Of a stretch of DNA of 64,000 bases, positions 23,644 through 33,302 are shown piece after piece; position 1 is the stretch's first letter; each line of letters opens with the position of its first letter. The notes beneath the pieces are model-generated. The model worked only from the letters and a program-made list of their open reading frames with translations, searched no databases and was not told the DNA's origin. A program made the translations under genes and the position numbers. Where the stretch lies: contig CM059431.1 in assembly GCA_030390025.1 (NCBI GenBank), positions 97,342,001 through 97,406,000 on the forward strand, in the 5' to 3' direction. The DNA is from Squalus acanthias. Taxonomy: Eukaryota.

Positions 23644-26600
23644 TTAAATTCTGAGAAGGCTGCTGCGAGCTCTTCCCGACGGTGGGAGGGCACTGACCCC
23701 TTCCTTTGATCTGCCGCAGCCTGTTGCTGCTGCGATGGGACTGGGCCCTACCTGGGCTGCCTTAACCTTAAGCCTGCACCTTGGGGCAGTCTGGGGACAT
23801 GACCACATCTTCCTGGGCTGGGGTGCCCGACTTGACCTACGAGGAGTTGTCGGGGGCAGGAATCCCAGGACCGACGGACCGGGTTCCGAGACTTCCACCG
23901 GGACGACCTGTGGCCCCATCACAGTCGCTGGCTCCGTCTCCCCTGACTCCGCCTCCCTGACCTCGGGACCTGCAGCTTGTGGTACCGCCCTGCTCGGCCC
24001 AGCAGGCGAACCTCCACTCGCAGTCCCTACCTCCCTCGAGGGCAGGACGTTCAAGGCGGGCGGCTCGGGCTCTGAGGTTTCCACCGTCACGCCCTGTGGT
24101 CCCACAGTGGCTGGCTCCGCCTCCCCTAGCTCCTCCCTCCTGTGTTCGGGACCTGCAGCCTGGGTGTCCACCCTGTGTGGATCTCTATCTGCAGCCCCTG
24201 TCCTCCCTATACCTGAATTGGGGGCGACCCTTGCGTTCCCCGATTCCCACTCGTCCTCATCACTATCCTCATCTGACTCGAGTTCCCGGAACTCTCCCTC
24301 ATCTGACTCCCAACCCCACAAAAATGTTTCACAATTTTCCAGGATGTCTCCTTCCCTGATGCAGGCTGCTTTGCCTGCTTGTGTGCCCTGTGGTCCTGCC
24401 TGGGGCTGCGAGTCCCCACTCGCAGGTTTTGCCCCTGTGGTTTTCCCTTGTGCACCTGGCTTGTACAGTTTGCACTGGTTTACGTGGAACCACTTAGTGC
24501 GCCGAGGTACTTTTACGGCGTATACCATGGGACTCGCTTTATCTACAATGTTGTAGGGTCCCATATACAGTGGTTCCAGACTCCCTACTCTGGCGTAGTT
24601 TCTGACCATAACCTGGTCTCCTACTTCCCACTCCCGCGTTTTGCGGGGTTCCAGCAACAGGCGATTGCCCTGATGCTGCCTTCCCATGTTCCCAGCCGCC
24701 TGCTCATACACCTGCTTCAGGCGCTCCAAGAGGGTCTGGGCGAACTTGTCCCTGCTTATCTCTTGGAGCTGACCCTCAGTGAGCACCGGCGCTAGCACAT
24801 GGGTGGGGGTTCGCATGATCCTCCCAGTCATCACTTCGTGCGGGGAATACCCCGTACCTTTTGACTGACTGGCCCGGACCCCCATGAGGACTAAAGACAG
24901 AACCTCCGCCCATTTTTGGGGCGAGTTCCTAGTCTCTTTCCTCAATTTCTCCTTCAGGGTCCGGTTCATGCGTTCAACAATCCCGGATGACTGGGGATTG
25001 TGCGCTACGTGCCATTTCCCTTCAATGCCCAAAAGCATGAGGGTGTTCTGCATCACCTGGCCGGTGAAATGACTCCCTTGGTCTGACTCCACAAAACGGG
25101 GGTGTCCCCACCGCGAGAACACTTCCCGGACCAAGATTTTTGCAGTACCCAGTGCCGTAGCTGTTCGACAGGGGAAGGCTTCCACCCATTTGGAAAACAC
25201 ATCCACCAAGACGAGGCAGTATTTATAACCTCCCTGGGTGGTGGGCAGGGGCCCTATATAGTCGATCTGTATCGACTGCCATGGTCCCTCTACCCTTCTT
25301 ACGTGCCCCATGGGCACTTTCCTTTTCTGGGGGTCTGGGTTGTTTGCAGCACACACGAGACAGCTTGCACAGAACTCGCGGACCTGTTCCCTGAGCCCCG
25401 GTCACCATCCCGCTTGCTCTACCCGTTGCCAGGTAACCTCGGGCCCGGGGTGCCCTGCCCCTGGTCCCTCGTGAGCCAACTGGAGGAATTCCCTCCTGTG
25501 CTGCTGCGGCACAACCCACTGCTCCTCGCGGAACAGCATGCCTTCCTTAACTGAGAGGGTTGCCGTACTGTACGGACCCTCTACTTGCTTCCCCTCAGCA
25601 ATGGTTTTTAGGACTGCTTTTAGGGCGGGATCCTGGTTCTGGACGGTCTTAAGGTTGTAGAATTCGCAATATATCGCGATTTTATTAATAAGGAGAAAAC
25701 ACAGAGTTTCGTTCAAACAGCTTTTATTTCAGCAGAATGCTGCCAGGTTTAAAGTGGACACAAGCAGCCTGTAAAATGGCCGCCGCACCTCGTGACAGAA
25801 CATTCTAGACTTTTCAACAGGCAGACAAGATGGCGTTCCAATAAACATTTGTGCAAGATCGATTAAGAGTCAGCACAGTGAAGATAATACACGAGACATT
25901 ATGGGTTTGCAGTATACACATAAATACTGAAATCGGTCTCCCAGGTACAAATGAAAGCCATTGTACCGAGTAATCAAGGGCCCATCCAAAAGACATTAAT
26001 ATGTAAAATCCCAACGACTCTACGATGAGAGAGCCGTTAGCAGGTAGTTATACAAAACACTTGGAAGCCCCACAACCCCTCCAGGGAAAACACCGACCGA
26101 TTTAACAATGGGAGAAATATTAACAGGTACTCAGACATTTACGAGTAGCCCCGAAACCCATTAAGAACGGAGATCACCCATACAAGACATTTGAGCGCCA
26201 GACCCTAAACAAAAGAATGGACATTAAGGTTGGGCGGGAAACGGAAGATTTTGCACTATAATTGCAGGCTCCAAACCATCCATCTTTCTCTTATCCGATC
26301 GACTCTTATCATCGTGGCTGCTCCTGTGCTCTTGTTTCGTAACCTCGTGGCTGCTCCTGTGTACTCGTAGTTGGGCTCCTGCTTGCCTGTTGCCTCTTTG
26401 AAAAGGACTGTTGAACTTTCTGATCCGTTCGGATCTACCTCGTGTCGCGTAACGAAGACCTATGTTGGTAACTGGCAGCGGAACCAAAGGCCCGAGATGA
26501 GATGAGATGAGATGAGAAGAGAGGAAGACCATATCCATCGCCACGGTCAGTAAATCCCGACCGCGCCTGTAGGTCGAATAGCCAAGTTTTCTTTGCCAGG

Positions 26601-29600
26601 AAGACTTCTTCGAACTTGCAAGGAAACATATCGTATCGATGATATTGACAACTGTGCTCGAAAAGTACCTGTTAAACCAACCAACACAGGTCTTCATCAC
26701 AGCAGACGTTCCAGCCTGCTAGCCGGAGCAGCAGAAGCAAGTAAACAAGTGGGACCAGGAGATCTCCTGACCGACACGTGGGTGCTGCGGTGAAAAACAT
26801 CCGATCAGCTATTCGGAATTTCTCCGAGTTATCACGAGTGGTGAGCATGAGTCTCAAAATCCTACGAATCTAGTTTAGGATAGATATTGATAGGGGAGGG
26901 TTTAAGGATTAAGGATATTTGTAATGTGTGCCCCTATTTACTATGTGCCGTTCGTTCCTCGTTTCCCTAAGATCGACTATATAACTGCTTGTAAGATTGT
27001 ACTGTCATTAATCTGTGCTTATGACATGTATTTCATAATCTTAAGTATCATGCAATAAAGATTTTCCATTTCGTACCATTCAACCGAGTCTACATGAGTT
27101 TCATCTCCATTACTGCTCTCGCATCTAAGTCCAGTGTCTAGAACCGTAAGGGCGAGTGATTCGAACCACTCACAGGTGTGTCTAGTGTTCCCAGACTGGC
27201 TGGAGACCAGAACAGGCAACAAGGCCTAGACCCGCACTGACATACAGGCTGCACAGAGCCGCGTGAATCTCACAGGCTGCGAGACACGCAGGGTCAGAAT
27301 CCCTTACAAGGTCTAGGGGCAATGCTACCCTGGAGTTCCCGGGATTCCCGTCCCTGCCTTGGATCGCTGCCATGGGTCTGGTCCCATAGGGGTCCCAGAA
27401 AATGCCGTTGCGGGCACCTTCCCTGGCTAGCGCATCCGCCTGCTGGTTGCCCTCCCCACGGGGCTCTGTGGAGGAGTGAGCTTTCACCTTATGGATGAAA
27501 ATCTCTCCTTCCTCCCCAACTGCTGCTAGGATCTTTTCCAGCAAGGGCTTCACCGTTAAAGGTCGTCCGTCCGCGGAGGTGTATCCACGGCGGGACCAAA
27601 TGGCCAGGTATTCCGTACACGAATTGCATGTGAACATACTGTCCGAGCAAATCGTGTATGGGGTTGGGAAAATGTCTGGGTGGGTAACGACGTACACCAC
27701 TGCAGACAGCTCAGCCTGCTGCGCGCTCATGGTGCTAGGGAGCTTGATCGCCAGGGCAAGGTTTGCCGCAGGGTCATAAACTCCACACCCTGTGAGTCGT
27801 TCGCCAGCAGATACTGTGCTGGAACCATCAACATAAATCTCGCGCCCAGTGGGATGTATCCCGGCCCGCAAACCTATGTTGACGTCCCACACCCCTTCCA
27901 CCGAACACCGGTGGGCTGTACCAGGGTATACCAAATTGGCCGCAAGCCTGGGCTCGCAAAGACCTTTAACTCTAAGATCCATCTGGGAAAGAAGAAGGGT
28001 CCAGCGCGCAATGCGCACGCTGCTTACGGTCCCATCTTTAATTCTCCCATCTAGAAGCATCTTAGTGGGTGTATGATGGGTGAGGAGAGTGATGGGAGAG
28101 AGCCCTGTGAAGATCGCTGATCTTTTCACAGCCCAATGCGTGGCTAAAAGGTGCCTTTCGCAGTTGGAAAAACTTCTCTCCACATCCGTTAACACCCTGG
28201 TCGAATAGACAACCGGCCTCAGCTTGCCGTGGCGCTCTTGGAGCAGCACAGCGCTCAAGCTGTCCCCGCTGGCAGCTACCTCCAGGAAAAACTCCTTCCC
28301 CCCATCTATGGCCCCTAAGGCTGGCGCGGTCTGCAGATCCCTTTTTAACTTCTCGAAGGCTGCTTGGCAGCCCTCGTCCCAAGACCACTCCACTCCCTTA
28401 TGGAGGAGTCGGAGTAGCGGCGCCGCTGTGGCCGCATAGTCTTCGATAAAATCCCTGCAGTAACCCGTCAGTCCCAAGAAGGACCTCACACCCCTTATGG
28501 TGTTGGGAATCGGTAACTCTTGCACCGACTCCCTCCTAGCTTTATCTATGGCTCTTTCCCCAGCGCGAATGGTCAGCCCCAGGAATTTTACTTCCTGCTG
28601 ACCGATACGTGCTTTCTTAGGGTTTACTTTAAAACCCTTTCTCGCTAGCAGCTCCAATAACTCGGCCAGCAGTGGTCCATGCTCCTCCCTTGAATCCGTA
28701 AATAGGAGCAAATCATCCACGTACTGCACTATCTGATTGGGCTGACTAAACTCCTTTAAACTTCCTGCCATACACTGATGGAAAATACTGGGGCTGTTGT
28801 GGAAACCCTGTGGCAGACAGTTCCATGTGTACTGTTGTCCTTTGAAAGTAAAGGCAAACTTGTACTGGTCCTCTCGCCGCAGCGGGATGGACCAAAAACC
28901 GTTCGAGATATCCAGCACCGTGAACGTGGTCGCGGACGCTGGGATACTCCCTATTAGGTCAGCAACTGCTGCTACCGTGGGCGCGCAGGCGGGAATGTTA
29001 CTGTTGAGGACTCTGTAGTCCACCGTGGCCCTCCACGAATTATCCGGCTTCCTAACCGGCCATAATGGGGAGTTCACGTGTGTGGCTATCGGCCTCAACA
29101 CGCCCTGCTGCACCAAGGAGGACATTGCTGTCTCCATATCGGGTTCTGCTTCTTTGGGGAAGTTATACTGCTTTTGGGGCCGGGTCATGGGGTCCCCATC
29201 TACGCTGACCTCAAACCCGGTAACCCTCCCACAATCGTGCTTGTGGGTTGCAAACGCGTGCATATTATCTGACACGTACGTTTGCATGTCCGTTGGGACA
29301 ACCGCGACCATAAGCCCGAGGTCGTAGCCTCCGGATGGCTGCATGGTACACAGGACCCCTGTTTCTTCCTCCCCCGGAATTACCACTACCTCGCCTTCTT
29401 CACTCTTAGCCCCCCAGAGACAGTGATTTCTGAGGTCCACGAGGATCCCGTGTCCTGATAGGAGATCGGACCCAAGGATACCTCTTCCACCCCCCTCCTG
29501 CCATTCCATCAGTATGCACTTCCACTTGATGTGGAGTGCTCCTAAATGAATGGATAGCGGAAGGGAGAACGCGCCAGCCTGTTCTTTTCCCGTGAACCCC

Positions 29601-29788
29601 GCAAATGTGAATGGGACCTTGGTAGATAGCGGTGAGTCAAAAGGGCTATCTGTATGAATCACGGTGCAAGAAGCTCCCGTGTCCAACAAATAACTACCCT
29701 TCTGTTTCTCTACCTCCATTTCCACCAGGGGTCGCTTCCACGCATCATAGCTGAGCGGACACAGGTAGACGGGCTGCGCGGGCTCTAG
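23644..29788 (-). pseudogene. pol: pol (protease, RT, tether, RNase H, integrase), interrupted by a solo LTR and one premature stop
   Basis: LLDTGAS protease; LPQGFHNSP and YVDD RT; degenerate RH (FLEVAASG); RH (YVDGS, AQQAEL, SDS, KVKAH, GNQQADALA); IN HHCC (HEGPGAGH..CLVC) and DDE (QIDYIG, SDQG, VERMN); TGA at 25402-25404 within expected WWPG. Confidence 0.95.
25656..27308 (+). mobile_element. Solo LTR (1653 bp) of a sister subfamily, inserted antisense into pol
   Basis: TGTAG...TTACA termini, AGGT duplicated at 25652-25655 and 27309-27312; removal restores frame ALPLDL-KTVQNQDP; homologous to but distinct from the host LTRs; near-identical to 62584-64000. Confidence 0.95.
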
Positions 29789-31594
29789 TCATTGGGTACT
29801 GTTAGACGGGCCTGTGGCACCTGCGGGGCTGGTAGCAACCGCCACTTTTCCATGTGCACTCATGAAGTTGCGCATGGCTCCCAACACTGTTTCGAGGTCG
29901 TCGGGAGGGGTGGGTGCACTAGCTTCCCTAACAGAGACAGGCATCTGGGCTCGGGCTGCGGGATTTTTATCCCTGGAATCCTTCCAAGGGTTCCTGCAGT
30001 TCTTGCGCCAATGCCCTGTCCTCCCACACCCGTAACAAGCATTACTTGCCTGCGGGGCGCGGTTACCCTCCTGATGCCACTCCTTTTGAGCCGGGGCTGC
30101 GGGTTGTACCTCATGTACCTTTCCCTTAAGGGGACGTGTTCCCATACCCCTGATATTACGGTATCCTACCGTGAGTCGATTTAAGACCGACTCCTCCGTA
30201 ATGTTGGGGTCAGTGGGATCAAACCACGCTTTTGCCTGCTCTCTGACGGCTGGCAAACTGTTGGCTACTATACACCTGAGCCAATGAGTTAAACCGACGC
30301 CTTCCACATCGTCGCGCTCTGGCGCACCTGGGCAGCTGCGCTGATATACTGGCCACAGCCTGTCGGCAAAAACCTTCGGGGGTTCTCCCTCCATCTGCAC
30401 TGTCTGCCCCACTCTAACAAACGGACCTTCATCGTCCGTCCCCAATACTTCTAGGACCTCATTTTTTAGTGCCTCATATTTCTTGGTTCCTCTCTTGCTC
30501 TCGTCCGAGAGACACTGAAGGATCGAACTACCTAATGAAAATAACAGCATCTTTGCTGTTTCCCCATCGTCGCAGCCGTTAATGGCTGCGGTTTGCTCAA
30601 CTTCCCTGAAATGTACGGAAGGGTCGTCTGCCTCGGTCAGCTTCCGTACGTGACTTATCATAATCCTCAGCTGGTGTGAGCTGTGAGGCAACACAAGCTG
30701 GTTGAGGAGATCCCCTTGTTCCCCACCGTTTCCGTTTGGGCCCCTTTTTATACCCGTAACCGGACACAACGGTCCCTTTTCCACTTCTCCCTCAGTGGGC
30801 TCTTTCGTTTCTTCTACTACTTCCTCCCTTACCCAGGTTTCCGAATAGCTGGGTGGCGCGGAGGGCGTAGTGGCTAATACTTCCTTTGCTTTATTGGGTG
30901 GGAATTTCTGAAACTCCTCATCTACTAGTGGCTGGTGTGCTGACGGACTGATAAGGCACACCATGCCGTGCGCCTTGTTCACGGTCCTTTTAAGGTGCTC
31001 TATCTCCTTTTGGCAGACGCTATGATCGGCCCCCTGAAACTTATCCTCAAGGGCCATCTTATATGCCGCCCTAACCCCCGTTTAGCTCTCTTCCTGGGCT
31101 TTTATTTGGGCAGCTTGGCGGGCACATCGTTCCTTTAGTCTGCCCTCACTTAACTTTGCCTCAGTGACCTGGCACTCGAGGTAATCTATTTTTGCTTTAT
31201 GGTGACTGGTGATTTCCTGGCGTTCTCGGTGCAACGCACTTAAATTCCTAATGAGCAACTCCCCTCCAGAGACCTTCTCGTCCATTTCCTCCTCTAAATG
31301 CCTGATCCGAGCTGTTTGCGCTGTAATGACCTGGTTTGAAATCTGGACTTGTCTCTTATAACACATTAACCAGACCGCTTTCTCGACTGTCTTTTTATGT
31401 TCCTTACTATCTGTCCACCTCTCGGCTGCCTCTAGTGGACTCTTATCCGCTAACAGGTCACTTTTTCATTTCTTAGTTAAATTTACCTTTCCGAACACAT
31501 AATCTGCTATCTTTTCCTGCATGACATTTCGTACATTCACACCAAAGTCTAACACACTACCCTCTCGCTGCCAGTGTCCTGCCACGGTCGCCAT
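29789..31594 (-). pseudogene. gag: gag (about 600 codons, two in-frame stops)
   Basis: One frame from ATG 31594 through ORFs 31082-31366 and 29789-31057, stops at 31466-31468 (TGA) and 31082-31084 (TAA); coiled-coil-like N-terminal part; zinc knuckle CYGCGRTGHWRKNC; true start uncertain. Confidence 0.85.
31576..31593 (-). promoter_or_regulatory. Primer binding site, tRNA-Arg(TCG)-like
   Basis: TGGCGACCGTGGCAGGAC 5 nt inside the 5' LTR boundary; complementary, with one mismatch, to the vertebrate tRNA-Arg(TCG) 3' end as I recall it (GTCCTGCCGCGGTCG-CCA). Confidence 0.75.
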
Positions 31595-31598
31595 TTTC

Positions 31599-33302
31599 TG
31601 TAAGGGTTTTCTCTCTGAACCTGTGAGATTCGTGTGGCTCTGTGCAGCCTGGATGCTAGTGCGGGTTTAGGCCTTGTTGCCTGTTCTGGTCTCCAGCCAG
31701 TCTGGGAGCACTAGACACCTGTGAGTGGTTCGACCCACTCGCCCTTACGGTTCTGACACTGGACTTAGATGCGACAGCAGTAATGGAGATAAAACTCAGG
31801 TAGACCCGGTTGAATGGTACGAAATGAAAAATCTTTATTGCATATTATTCAAGATTACGAAATACATGTCATAAGCACAGATTAATGACAGTACAATCTT
31901 ACACGCAGTTATGTAACTAATTTCAGGGAAACGAGGAACGAACGACACATCGTAAATGGGGGCACACATTACAATTATCCTTAAAACTTAAACCCTCCCC
32001 TATCAATATCTGCCCTAAGCTAGATTTGTAGGATCGAGACTCATGCTCACCACTCGTGATAATTCGGAGAATTCCGAAAACTCTGATCGGATGTTTTTCA
32101 CCGCAGCACCCACGTGTCGATCTGTACCCCACTTGTTTACTCGTTTCTGCTCCGGCTAGCAGGCTGGAACGTCTGCTGTCATGAAGATCTGTGTTGTCCT
32201 CGGAGTTCCGACTCTACTCAAAAAAGAGTCTTCCTGTGCCCTCGCACTGATGCGATAGAATTCGAAGAATAGTCTTCCTGGCAGTTCTGTAAAACTCGAA
32301 GAAGTCTTCCTGGCAAGGAAAGTGTCTATTCGACCTACAGGCGCGGTCGGAGCTTACTGACCGTGGCGATACGTATGGTCTTCTTCTCTTCTCATCTCAT
32401 CTCATCTCATCTCATCTCATCTCATCTCATCTCGGGCCTTCGGTTCCAACACCGTTTACCGACTTCTCGGGATGGTGCGCCCGCTCCAAGGCTTCAGAGC
32501 CCAGTTCCACACAGATCTTCGCGGCACGCCACGAGGTAGATCCGAGCGGATCGTAAAGTTCAACAGTCTTTAAAAGCTACAAGAGGCAGAGACACGAGGC
32601 AGGCGGCAAGGAGTCGAAAGGATAAGAGCAACAGGAGCAGCCACGAGGATAAACGCCAGCAAGATAAGAGAAAGATGGACGGTTGGAGCTTGCAGTTATA
32701 GTGCAAAATCTTCCTTTTTCCCGCCCAACCTTAATGTCTTTTCTTTTGTTAGGGTTTGGCGCTCAAATTTCTTGTATAGGGTGATCTCCGTTTTAATGGG
32801 TTTCGGGGATACTCATAACTGTCTGAGTACCTGTTAATACTTTTCCCATTGTTTAATCGGTCGGTGTTCTCCCTGGAGGGGTTTTGGGGCTTCCAAATGT
32901 TTTCTGTAACTACCCGCTAACGGCTCTCTCATCGTAGAGTCGTTGGGATTTTGCATATTAATGTTTTTGGATGGGTTCTTGATTACTTGGTACAATAGCC
33001 CTTATTCGCACCTGGGAGACCGATTTCAGTATTTATGTGTATACTGCAAACCCATGATGTCTCGTGTATTATCTTAAATGTGCTGAGTCTTGATCGATCT
33101 TGCACAAATGTTTATTGGAACGCCATCTTGTCTGCCTGTCGAAGAATCTAGAATGTTCTGCCACGAGGCGTGGCGGCCATTTTACAGGCTGCTTGTGTCC
33201 ACTTTGAAAACCTGACAGCATTCTGCTGAAATAAAAGCGTTTGAACGAAACTATGTGTTTTTCTCCTTATTAATGAAATCGCGATATATTGCGAATTCTA
33301 CA
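31599..33302 (-). repeat. 5' LTR (1704 bp)
   Basis: TG...CA termini; internal (ctcat)n microsatellite ~32391-32432; minus-strand AATAAA near 31835; abuts the 22-bp satellite. Confidence 0.95.

Larger units (their letters stand above)
19988..33302 (-). mobile_element. Endogenous retrovirus-like LTR element, lokiretrovirus-like (LTR-gag-pol-env-LTR)
   Basis: Two LTRs, PBS, PPT, gag with CCHC knuckle, pol order PR-RT-tether-RNase H-IN, env with signal peptide, furin site and TM; family assignment is inference from architecture. Confidence 0.9.

Noticed and set aside
26224..26700. 158-aa ORF in the solo LTR as an accessory gene
   Set aside because: Antisense to the LTR, crosses a variable (ctcat)n microsatellite, and is not preserved at this length in the other LTR copies
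27182..27308. C-terminus of the 847-aa pol ORF (VRDSDPACL...) and identical peptides in ORFs 62516-62873 and 27019-27222
   Set aside because: Read-through into LTR sequence; identity reflects two LTR copies
25402..31468. APOBEC-type hypermutation explaining TGG>TGA stops in gag and integrase
   Set aside because: Only two such sites and most Trp codons are intact; insufficient evidence
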